Part shown: in pieces, positions 41,210-49,688 of the stretch | Layout: each line of letters begins with the position of its first letter | Numbering within the stretch: position 1 is the first letter of the stretch | Origin: Longimicrobiales bacterium | GTDB lineage: Bacteria > Gemmatimonadota > Gemmatimonadetes > Longimicrobiales > Gaopeijiaceae | Assembly: GCA_965198065.1 (NCBI GenBank) | Contig: CBDAON010000004.1 | Location: 672,001-736,000 of the forward strand | DNA length: 64,000 nt | Reading direction: 5' to 3' | Translations under genes and position numbers: made by a program | Notes under the pieces: model-generated | What the model was told of the DNA's origin: nothing | The model's database searches: none | The model's input: the letters and a program-made list of their open reading frames with translations, nothing else

Positions 41210-42004
41210 TCACGGAGCGACGTTCACCAGCGCACCCTGCGGAACGAATACGCAGCGGCTAGTTTCGCTCGCGCAGACCTCGCGCTGCATCTCGATCTCC
41301 TGGAGCGCCACAAATTGCGCCGGGCTCAGACCGAGCGAGTTCCGGTAGGCGTTGTCCGCCAAGGCGCGGGACTGTTCCGCCGCTAGGCGTGCGTCCTCGG
41401 CTAGCCTACGCTCGTTCTCGGTGAGCTGTCGTTGCTGCTGGGTTGCAGTTTCGACGCGCTGACTCTCAACGGCGTCCGGTGGATTCGCCCGACCCACGGT
41501 AACCTGTATGAGCCGAAGCGGTAGCTCCGCATCCAGGAGGTAGATCTCCATCTCTGCCGTGACTTCGGCGTCGATATCGTCGATTGCCTCCGTGGAGATC
41601 GCCGTCTCATTCATTCCGTGTTGCCGGACTGCCTGTCTCACTCGATTTTGGAACTCGATGGCTACGTTCTGATCGAACCATTGTACTCCGAACCCCTCGA
41701 TCAGCCGTACGCTGTTCGTGACCTGTAGGCGAATCACGGCGTTGAAGTCGAGCGGAACACCATCCGACGACATGATGTCCTCGAACGCCATTGAGAACTG
41801 CTGGGGCCGGATGTCCACGTAGGTCGGTGTGGTCGTGATCCACACCCAATTACGTCCGGTTGGCGTCGCGGAGTCTACGACCCCGCCACTCCCGAAGACG
41901 ATCGGGTATCGAGTCAGGACCGCTTCCTCGCCGGGGCCAGGAGTCACAGCTCGACAGCTTGCCAGAGACCCTGCCGCTAGAAGCAGAAGGACCGAACGTC
42001 TCAT
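41210..42004 (-). CDS. SPFH/band-7 (prohibitin-like) lipoprotein
   Basis: AAGGAGG RBS; lipobox LASC; V.PG.EAV, SSDGVPLDF, NRVRQAV, coiled-coil tail. Confidence 0.8.
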   Translation of the reverse strand: MRRSVLLLLAAGSLASCRAVTPGPGEEAVLTRYPIVFGSGGVVDSATPTGRNWVWITTTPTYVDIRPQQFSMAFEDIMSSDGVPLDFNAVIRLQVTNSVRLIEGFGVQWFDQNVAIEFQNRVRQAVRQHGMNETAISTEAIDDIDAEVTAEMEIYLLDAELPLRLIQVTVGRANPPDAVESQRVETATQQQRQLTENERRLAEDARLAAEQSRALADNAYRNSLGLSPAQFVALQEIEMQREVCASETSRCVFVPQGALVNVAP

Positions 42005-42449
42005 TTGATGTACCTCCTTGGTGTTCACGTGCTCCTCATCCTCCATCAGAAGACCGCCTAGTCAGGAGGGCACACTAATGGCCCTCTTTCCGTCGTGGTC
42101 GGCGGCTAATTCACGAAGGGCACTCCCACGAGGATACCCCCGCTTATTATGCCCTCTGACTGACTAGGCCACAAAGCGAGCTAGGGAATCGAACGCTAGA
42201 GGACGCCTGTCTCGCCGCTCATCGTTCTTCCTTCCTCGCCGCAGCGGTCCGGCTCGACCAGTACCCGGAGGTCGTCGCCGCCTTCCTCCTCACTGGCGGT
42301 CGGCGCAGTCTTCGGGCTTCCCCTTTCGGCGCTCCATGTAGGGCCCGAGGATTGACCTGCCCCCAAAAGCGGTACCACCTAGAGTGTTAGTCCAAGCACC
42401 TCCTTTTGGCTGGGGGGTGGTCCAAGAAGCAGAGGTAGGTTGAGCAGCT

Positions 42450-43235
42450 TTGGGTCTGGCCGGATCGCTTCGGGGGCCGGGGGTCGATAACCCAGAGAGC
42501 TGTGCGGTCGATGCGTGTTGTATTCGCGCCGCCACTGCTCGATCAGCACCTTCGCCTTTCGCGCTTCAGCAGCTCGTTTCGGAGCGTGCCGTTAAAGCTC
42601 TCATTGTAGCCGTTCTCCCACGGGCTGCCCGGCTCGATGAACAGCGTCTTCACGCCTAGCTCACCGAGCCACTGCCGAACCACTCGGGCCGTGAACTCCG
42701 GACCGTTGTCGGAGCGAAGATTCGCCGGTGGACCGTGCTCGGCAAACAGCTCGCTCAGCGTCTGCAGAACATCGTCCGCCTGAAGCCTGCGAGTCACCAC
42801 GATCGCCAGGCACTCCCGGCTGTACTCATCCAGCACCGTCAGCATCTTGAGCGGCCGTCCATCATGCGTCCGGTCCGCCACGAAGTCATACGCCCATACA
42901 TGGTGTCGGTACAGGGGCCGCAGTCGGATACAAGAACCGTCGGTCAGCCACAGCCTTCCTCGTTTCGGCTGCTTACTTGGCACCTTGAGCCCCTCCTGTC
43001 TCCAGATCCGCTCCACCCGCTTGTGGTTCACGGCCCAGCCCTCCGTCCTCAGCATCCCCGTCACCATCCGGTACCCGTAGCGTCCAAACCGTCGGGCCAC
43101 CTTCACCACGTCCTCTCTCAGCGCCTCCTCATCTTCGCTTCGCTTCGGTATCCGACGCTGCGTCGAGCGTGCCTGGCCCAACACCCGGCACGCCTTCCTT
43201 TCGCTCACCCCAAGCCGCTGCCGCACGTGCACCAC
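42450..43235 (-). pseudogene. IS3 OrfB DDE transposase with a deletion/frameshift near the C-terminus
   Basis: YGYR, WAYDFV.D, DEYSRECL, RSDNGPEF, PGSPWENGYNESFN; YN..RPHSSLGY continues out of frame. Confidence 0.88.
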
Positions 43236-43258
43236 GCACCGCCTGCGCCACTCGGGGC

Positions 43259-43540
43259 TCAGTAGTTTCCCTTGGAGGCTTCCTTCAAAATCAGGTTGTC
43301 GACCGTCAGATCCGCCACCGCCTGCTTCAGGCGTTGGTTTTGCTTCTCGAGCTCCTTCAGACGCTTCGCCTGGCCCACCTTCATTCCCCCGTACTCCTTA
43401 CGCCACCGGTAGTATGTCTGCTCGCTCACCCCCAGCTCACGGCACACTTGCTTGACCCTCTTCCCGTTCGCCAGGGCCACCTCCGCCTTGCGTAGCTGGT
43501 TGATGATCTGTGCCGGACTCAGCCTCTTTGGTGCGGCCAT
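43259..43540 (-). CDS. IS3 OrfA transposase (HTH)
   Basis: QII..LR.AE, CRELGVSEQTYYRWRKEYGG, RLKELEKQNQRLK. Confidence 0.9.
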   Translation of the reverse strand: MAAPKRLSPAQIINQLRKAEVALANGKRVKQVCRELGVSEQTYYRWRKEYGGMKVGQAKRLKELEKQNQRLKQAVADLTVDNLILKEASKGNY

Positions 43541-43760
43541 TGTGCCCTCCCCTTTCGTGTCTTGACCCCGTCCAGATTCTAAAACTGGACTCGGTCTCGT
43601 TTTAGGGGGTCAGATCAACCGGGCTAGGAAGGGTCGGACGCCTAGACGGCTAGTGAAACAAGCTTCTCCGGGAGGCAAGCGTCGCCCTTGCGGTTTAGAG
43701 CTTCCACCCGAATGATTCGGTCGGGCTCTATCCCGAGGTCCTTCCCATCTGGAGGTCTCC

Positions 43761-44991
43761 ATGGACCGCACACGCGCTGGGCGCTTTGCCCCTCTGTCTT
43801 TGATCGTATTCGTCGTTACCGCGTGGTTTGCGGTGCCATCCGGCGCGACGGCGCAGCAAGATGATCGCCTCGCCGAGCCCTTCTACGGGATCACTACGGA
43901 TGGCGATCTGGTCGCTGACCTCTTCCCGATACGTGCGACGGGGGTCTCGACCGCCCCGATCGTGGAGGCAGCCAGGCACTACTTAAGCACATTGTCGCCC
44001 GGGCAGATCGCACGAACGAGCTTCGATCTGGATGACAGTGAGTGGCGACACTGGAGTAATGTCCCCGTTGGCAACACTCCTCGGGCCGGCCTGTCCTTCA
44101 GAGATATGAACGACGCTCAAATGGAGGCGGCGTTCGCGATGGTGCGTGCGGGGATGAGCGCTCGCGGATTCAACCTGGCGCGGAATATCATGCGCATCGA
44201 CGGCTACCTGGCCGACGTTCTCGACAACCTAGAGGGATAACGGAGAGTTCCTCTATTTCATCGACATCTTCGGGGAGCCGCATGAAACCGAGCCTTGGGG
44301 ATGGCAACTCGATGGGCATCACCTGGTCGTCAACTTCTTCATCATGGGAGATCAGGTCGTGATGTCGCCCAACTTCTGGGGATCCGAGCCAACCCGGATC
44401 GAGACGGGCAGGTTCGCGGGAGTGGAAGCCCTGCAGGAGGAGCAGGATGTCGGCTTAGCCTTCATGGAGTCCCTGCGGCCCGATCAGGTTCGGACAGCAA
44501 CCGTCGAGACGGACAAGACCTCCAACAACCAGTTGGCCGCCGCCTTCAGAGATAATGTGATCATTGAGGAAGCCGGCATCCGGGGAGACCAACTGGACGC
44601 GGCGCAGCGCGAGCTCCTCATGGACGTCGTCGGCATCTGGGTCGGCCACATTCGGGAAGAGCACGCCGGCATCAAAATGGCCGAGGTTCGGGCCCATCTG
44701 GACGAAACCCGGTTTGCCTGGGTCGGCGACGTGGGTGACGATGCCCTGTACTACTACCGGGTCCACAGCCCCGTCATGATCATTGAGTTCGATCACTCGA
44801 TCCCGGTCAGCTTCCCCGTAGAGCCTCGGATGCCTTCGCGAACCCACATTCACGCGGGCGTTCGGACTCCGAACGGAAATGACTACGGAAAGGATCTGCT
44901 CCGGCAGCACTACGAGCAGCACGCCAACGACCCGAACCACGTGCACGATCATCCGTACCCAGCGGGGTCGGCGACAGCCGGCGGTCCATGA
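43761..44991 (+). pseudogene. Secreted DUF3500-type protein, +1 frameshift at ~44239
   Basis: Signal peptide; W..WSN.P, WGWQLDGHHL..N, YYRVHSP...IEFD, HIH...RTPNGNDYG; GGATAACGGA has one extra A relative to GGA TAC GGA. Confidence 0.75.
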
Positions 44992-45273
44992 TCTCCTGCG
45001 GTCCGGTCATCCGGTGGCCTGAGCGTCGGGTATCGGGTCGGTCCATCAGGTAGCGAACGCGGCGGGCGTCGGTGAACGGCGCCCGCCGCGAGCGTTCTGT
45101 AACCCCGGGGCTACCCTAGCCTACGGCACGCCGACTCCCCTTCCTGGAGAGTCGTCTTGGTATCCGCACCGCTGAAGGGACGTACGACCCTCCGAATGGC
45201 ACTCTTGAGGTGAGCGCCCACGTAAGCTCGACATCGGCCGAAAGTGCAGTCAAAGGCGACACTTACAGTGCGC

Positions 45274-45318
45274 CCCATCTAGAGCAGAATGTGACTCGCC
45301 GAAGCCCCCCAGGGAGGG
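45274..45318 (+). repeat. Imperfect ~45-bp direct repeat, copy A
   Basis: CCCATCTAGAGCAG..TGACT..CCGA..CCCCCCAGGGAGGG. Confidence 0.65.
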
Positions 45319-45381
45319 GGTGTAAATGGGTCCCCATAGAGAGGTACGATCTACGAGTGCGCCTTCTTGACTCGGGCCTTC

Positions 45382-45522
45382 TTAATGGTGTTGGGCGGCG
45401 GTGTAGACGAGGAAGCTCACGACACCGAGGAAGCTCACGATACCTACGTAGGCCGCGATCACGCCGACCCACTGGAACGTCCACCATCCCCGCTCGATCA
45501 GATTCGCCTGGTGCGCGTTCAT
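45382..45522 (-). CDS. 46-aa single-pass membrane peptide (not in the ORF track)
   Basis: GGAGG RBS then MNAHQANLIERGWWTFQWVGVIAAYVGIVSFLGVVSFLVYTAAQHH*. Confidence 0.6.
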   Translation of the reverse strand: MNAHQANLIERGWWTFQWVGVIAAYVGIVSFLGVVSFLVYTAAQHH

Positions 45523-45668
45523 GATGCCCTCCCGTGTTCATCGGACGAAGCCGAGGATTTCGCGGCCCGGAGCTCGTCCCCGGGTCTGCCCGCCGACTTA
45601 GACGTACCTACGCGAAATAGGGGTTGGGGGATTCAGGGCACCATCAGCCTGACCCTCGGTCAGTTGGT

Positions 45669-45712
45669 CCCATCTAGAGCAGGACTTGACTTACCGACAC
45701 CCCCCAGGAGGG
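45669..45712 (+). repeat. Imperfect ~45-bp direct repeat, copy B
   Basis: CCCATCTAGAGCAG..TGACT..CCGA..CCCCCCAGGAGGG; abuts the truncation point of the integrase. Confidence 0.65.
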
Positions 45713-45713
45713 T

Positions 45714-45997
45714 TACACGCTCCACGACCATCGCCACACGGCCGCGCCGTCCACCTCGCGCGGGCCGGCATGCCCCTGAACCTGCTCCAGGGCCAGCTCG
45801 GGCATACAACGATCTCAATGACAATGCGCTACGCCCGGCTCCACCCGGACTACTCGGACGTCCGCGAATACTTCGACCGTGTGGGTGAGCGGTTCGGGCT
45901 GGCCGCTCCGGAAAAGGTTTCCGCTTCTCCGGGTAACAAAACGGGTAACACTCCCTCCGAAGAGCCCCTCGAAGCGGCTCCGCGCGAGCACGTCTGA
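45714..45997 (+). pseudogene. Tyrosine recombinase/integrase, C-terminal fragment
   Basis: YTLHDHRHTA (HxxR), then after a frameshift AVHLARAG..L..LQ.QLGH....MTMRYA (GH and catalytic Tyr); N-terminal part missing. Confidence 0.85.
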
Positions 45998-46022
45998 TGC
46001 GGCGTAAGTTGTTGCGGGAGAA

Positions 46023-46110
46023 CGGAGGGGGTGGGACTCGAACCCACGTGGGCTGTTAGGCCCAACCTCGGTTTTCAAGACCGGTACCTTAGCCGCTCGG
46101 TCACCCCTCC
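46023..46110 (-). tRNA. tRNA-Ser (anticodon TGA)
   Basis: GGAGGGG/CCCCTCC acceptor stem, G discriminator, CT-TGA-AA loop, long variable arm GGGC-CTAACA-GCCC, GTGGG-TTCGAGT-CCCAC; 88 nt, no encoded CCA. Confidence 0.95.
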
Positions 46111-46198
46111 TGGATGGAAGATACCACGGTGGGAACGGCACGGAGAGTCGCCCACGGGACCGGGATCGGCTGCCGTCCCGTCCCGTTCATCGTCCCCC

Positions 46199-47887
46199 TC
46201 AATGACGGAACAGCCTTCGCCCCGTGAACACCATGGCGATCCCGAGGTCGTCCGCCGCGGCGATGACCTCTTCGTCCCGCACCGACCCCCCGGGCTGAAC
46301 GATAGCCCCGACTCCCGCGGACAAGGCTTCATCCACCGCGTCCCGGAAGGGGAAGAACGCGTCCGAGGCGAGCACGGAGCCCTGGAGATCGAGGTCCTGG
46401 TCCCGTGCCTTCTGAACGGCGAGCCGGGATGAATCGACCCGGGACATCTGACCCGCACCGATCCCGAGGGTCACCCCACCTCGCGCGAGGACGATGGCGT
46501 TCGACTTCACACCATAGACGGCCGCCCAGGCGAACCGCAGATCTTCCAGCTCCTCCGGGGTCGGCTCCCGCTTCGTCACTGTCTTCCAGCCTGGATCGGG
46601 CCCGCCGAGCAGGGGCGGAACGGGCGGCGACTGCGCGAGGAACCCGCCGTAGATCCCCCGCACCGCCACCGGCGCGGGGTCCCGCCCGTGCGCGGCGAGG
46701 AAGCGGGCGGCCCTCCGGGCGTCCTCCTCCGTCCGCTCCCGCCCCTCGAAACTCGCGAGCGCAGCGGCCACTGCGGCAGGGAGGGCGGCCGCCCCTTCGG
46801 GCTCGGGAAGGGTCAAGATCCTCACGTTCTTCTTTCGCGTGAGCACCTCCATTGCATCCGGGGACACGGCCGGCGCCACCAGACACTCCGTGAAGAGCTC
46901 CCTGATCGCTTCCGCAGCCGGGCGGTCGATCGTGCGGTTCACCGCGATCACCGATCCGAACGCGCTCACGGGATCGGTCGCGAGCGCGCGCTCGAAGGCC
47001 TCCGCGACGGTGTCCCCGACCGCGATCCCGCACGGGGTCGTGTGCTTCACGATCACAACCGCCGGACGGGGTGAGACGGCGAACGGAGAGAGGCAGAGGA
47101 GCGCGCCATCCAGGTCCAGCAGGTTGTTGTAGGAGAGTTCCTTTCCGTGGTGCTGCTCTAGCGAGGCGATCCCCCGTCGGCCCGCCCCGTCCGGCGCGTA
47201 CAGGGCCGCCGTCTGGTCGGGGTTCTCCCCATACCGGAGGTCGGACACCTTCCGGTGCCGGAGGGTCAGCTCCCCGGGAAGCTCCGTCTCTCCCTCTCCG
47301 GCCGTCGCTCCCAGGAACGCGGACACGGCAGCGTCGTAAGTCGAGACGTGGCGGAAGACCTTCGCCGCGAGCTCCCGCCTGATCGCTCCGCCGTCCTCGG
47401 CTGCCCCGAGCGCGGAGAGCACACGCGCGTAGTCCGCCGGATCCACGACAACCCATACGTGCGCGTGGTTCTTCGCCGCGGCCCGGATCATCGCGGGCCC
47501 GCCGATGTCCACCTTCTCCATCCCGGCCTCCACGGGGACCCCCCCGGCCGCCACGGTCTCGCGGAACGGATAGAGGTTCACAGCGACCACGTCGATCGGC
47601 CGATACCCCTGGGTCTCCAGGGCCTCCATGTCGCCCACGACGTCCCGGCGCGCGAGGATCGGTCCGTGCACGGCCGGGTGGAGCGTCTTCACCCGCCCGT
47701 CCATCATCTCGGGGAACTGCGTGACGGAGGCCACGTCCGTAACGGGAGCGCCGGCGGAACGGAGCGCACGAGCGGTTCCGCCCGTCGAGAGGATCTCGAA
47801 GCCGAGGCCGGCGAGGCCCCGCGCGAAGTCCTCGATCCCGGTCTTGTCCGAAACGGAGAGTAGCGCGCGTCTGGCCGGAGAAGTCAT
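46199..47887 (-). CDS. purH: Bifunctional AICAR transformylase / IMP cyclohydrolase
   Basis: ALLSVSDK, GRVKTLHP, DIGGPAMIRAAAKN, LRYGENP, VKSNAI, GAGQMSRVD, ASDAFFPF, RLFRH. Confidence 0.96.
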   Translation of the reverse strand: MTSPARRALLSVSDKTGIEDFARGLAGLGFEILSTGGTARALRSAGAPVTDVASVTQFPEMMDGRVKTLHPAVHGPILARRDVVGDMEALETQGYRPIDVVAVNLYPFRETVAAGGVPVEAGMEKVDIGGPAMIRAAAKNHAHVWVVVDPADYARVLSALGAAEDGGAIRRELAAKVFRHVSTYDAAVSAFLGATAGEGETELPGELTLRHRKVSDLRYGENPDQTAALYAPDGAGRRGIASLEQHHGKELSYNNLLDLDGALLCLSPFAVSPRPAVVIVKHTTPCGIAVGDTVAEAFERALATDPVSAFGSVIAVNRTIDRPAAEAIRELFTECLVAPAVSPDAMEVLTRKKNVRILTLPEPEGAAALPAAVAAALASFEGRERTEEDARRAARFLAAHGRDPAPVAVRGIYGGFLAQSPPVPPLLGGPDPGWKTVTKREPTPEELEDLRFAWAAVYGVKSNAIVLARGGVTLGIGAGQMSRVDSSRLAVQKARDQDLDLQGSVLASDAFFPFRDAVDEALSAGVGAIVQPGGSVRDEEVIAAADDLGIAMVFTGRRLFRH

Positions 47888-48540
47888 GGGAACCGTGGAA
47901 GCTCGGAGGAGAGGACGAAGTGGCGGCCCCTGCCAGGGATCGAATCGGCCGAACTGCCCTCTTCGAGGGCGCGCACGAGCACGTCCACGGCCGCTGGATA
48001 GAGCAGGTGCTCCACCTCCTGAACCCGACTGGCCAGCGTCTCGGGCGTGTCGTCCGGGAGCACGGGAACCGGCCACTGAGCCAGGATGGCTCCGCGATCG
48101 TATTCCTCGTCCGCGAAGTGGACCGTAGCGCCGGAAATGCGCGTCCCGGACTCGAGCACCGCCTCGTGGACGCGAGCCCCGTACATGCCTCTCCCCCCAA
48201 AGCCGGGAAGGAGCGCCGGATGGATGTTCAGGATCCGGTTCCGAAAAGCCTTCACCACCTCGACCGGAACCAGCCGGAGATACCCCGCGAGGAGGATGAA
48301 GTCCACGGACTCGTCGGTGAGGCGGGCGAGGAGCCGGCTCGCGAACGTGCCCGGGTCGTCGTCCGGAGGGATGACGGCGGACGGGATTCCCCTCGCCTTC
48401 GCGCGCTCCACCGCTCTGGCCTGCGCCCGGTCCGTGACGAGAAGCACGACCTCCCACGAGTGCGACCCGGCTCCGCCATCGGCGAGCACCTCGAAGTTTG
48501 TCCCTCGCCCTGACGCGAACACCGCGGCCCGAAGGCTCAC
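47884..48540 (-). CDS. purN: Phosphoribosylglycinamide formyltransferase
   Basis: ASGRGTN, LAGYL, NIHPALLP.FGG.GMYG..VH, SGATVH, YDRG.I. Confidence 0.95.
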   Translation of the reverse strand: MSLRAAVFASGRGTNFEVLADGGAGSHSWEVVLLVTDRAQARAVERAKARGIPSAVIPPDDDPGTFASRLLARLTDESVDFILLAGYLRLVPVEVVKAFRNRILNIHPALLPGFGGRGMYGARVHEAVLESGTRISGATVHFADEEYDRGAILAQWPVPVLPDDTPETLASRVQEVEHLLYPAAVDVLVRALEEGSSADSIPGRGRHFVLSSELPRFP

Positions 48541-49223
48541 GCGAACCCTCCCCCCATCTGGGGGATGAGGAACGGGTTTCCCCTCCGCTCGTTGGCCACG
48601 CTCGTCTCCGGGCCGTGGCCCGAGAGGAGGCGGGTCGCATCGGGGAGGGAGAGGATCTCCCCTCGGATCGAATCGATGAGCTGGCGAAAGTCCCCGCCCG
48701 GAAGGTCGGTGCGGCCAATCGAGGCCTGGAAGATCACGTCCCCGACGAGCGCGAATCCACCCTCGGCCGAGTACAGGATCACGTGCCCCGGGGCGTGTCC
48801 CGGCGCGAAGCGCACCTCGAGCGAGAGGCCGCCCACCGGAACCGATTGTCCCGGAACGAGCTCCCCGTCCGGAACGGGGAGCGGGCGGGGGAGCCGGACC
48901 CCGACGGCGGTCCCCTGGGCACTCGCCAGGTCGTACAGGGGTCGATCAGCGGGGTGGAGGAACACGGGCACCTCGGCGTACTCCCTGACGACCGGGATCC
49001 CCTCCACGTGATCGAAGTGGGCATGCGTGAGATAGATGGCCTCGAGCGTTCCCCCGCCCTGCCCGAGCGCTCGAACCATTTCCGGGGCGGCCGCGCCCGG
49101 ATCTACGGCGACCAGCCGATTGGTGGCCGGATGGCGAACGAGGTAGCCGTTCTCAGCGAACGCGCCGCCGGAAAAGCAGGTGGCCTCGAGGGTGTCTGGA
49201 GAGGAGGTGGTTCGGGGTGGCAT
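48537..49223 (-). CDS. Metallo-beta-lactamase fold hydrolase (glyoxalase II-like)
   Basis: THAHFDH, PGHAPG, GDVIF..SIGRTDLPGG, GHGP.T...ER..NPF. Confidence 0.9.
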   Translation of the reverse strand: MPPRTTSSPDTLEATCFSGGAFAENGYLVRHPATNRLVAVDPGAAAPEMVRALGQGGGTLEAIYLTHAHFDHVEGIPVVREYAEVPVFLHPADRPLYDLASAQGTAVGVRLPRPLPVPDGELVPGQSVPVGGLSLEVRFAPGHAPGHVILYSAEGGFALVGDVIFQASIGRTDLPGGDFRQLIDSIRGEILSLPDATRLLSGHGPETSVANERRGNPFLIPQMGGGFA

Positions 49224-49274
49224 CGGCGGGTCAGAGATCGGCCGCCACGACGACCTGGCCCCGGTGGGCCCAAC

Positions 49275-49604
49275 TCAGACCGTGAACGAGCTTCCGCACC
49301 CGCAGCCGCCGGTGGCGACCGGATTGTTGAACGCGAAGCCCGATCCCATCATGGACGAGACGTAGTCGATCTGCACCCCCTCCAGGTACTGGGCGCTGAA
49401 CGGATCCACGAACACCCGGATCCCGGACAGATCCAGGATCTCGTCGTCCTCTTCTGGGGAATCCTCGATGTTGAGGCCGTACTGGAAGCCGGAGCAGCCG
49501 CCCGGAAGGACGGCGACCCGGAGCCCAGCGCCCTCCGCCGCACCATGATCCTGAATTAAGGACTGCACCTTGGAGACCGCGGTCTCCGACAAGACGATGG
49601 TCAT
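49275..49604 (-). CDS. Iron-sulfur cluster assembly accessory protein (HesB/IscA/ErpA)
   Basis: GGCSGFQY, FNNP...GCGCGSSF. Confidence 0.92.
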   Translation of the reverse strand: MTIVLSETAVSKVQSLIQDHGAAEGAGLRVAVLPGGCSGFQYGLNIEDSPEEDDEILDLSGIRVFVDPFSAQYLEGVQIDYVSSMMGSGFAFNNPVATGGCGCGSSFTV

Positions 49605-49688
49605 GCCTTCCCTACCCCCCGAACCGCGGGGTGTTCGAGCCGGCGGCCCCCCGCCCGGCATGGGCCGAAGGGCCTCGGGGCCTGGAAG

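Larger units (their letters stand above)
42353..43617 (-). mobile_element. IS3-family insertion sequence (IS407-like), defective
   Basis: Terminal IRs TGACCTGCCCCCAAAA / revcomp TGATCTGACCCCCTAAAA; orfA plus orfB. Confidence 0.88.
40154..46079. mobile_element. Integrative island 1 at tRNA-Ser with a truncated tyrosine integrase
   Basis: Direct repeat of the tRNA 3' half at both ends; 29-bp GGGTAACA-containing repeat inside both ends; integrase tail adjacent to the tRNA. Confidence 0.8.

Noticed and set aside
41167..42028. 11-bp repeat TGAACACCAAG (minus strand) near the starts of the SPFH gene and its partner
   Set aside because: Too short, only two copies, and at different offsets from the start codons.
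44238..44240. In-frame TAA in the DUF3500 gene as possible stop-codon recoding
   Set aside because: The downstream half is in a different frame; a single extra A explains it.
45274..45712. Possible CRISPR array from the repeated CCCATCTAGAGCAG, or from the tRNA-like repeats
   Set aside because: Only two divergent copies ~395 bp apart, no regular spacers and no cas genes in the window.
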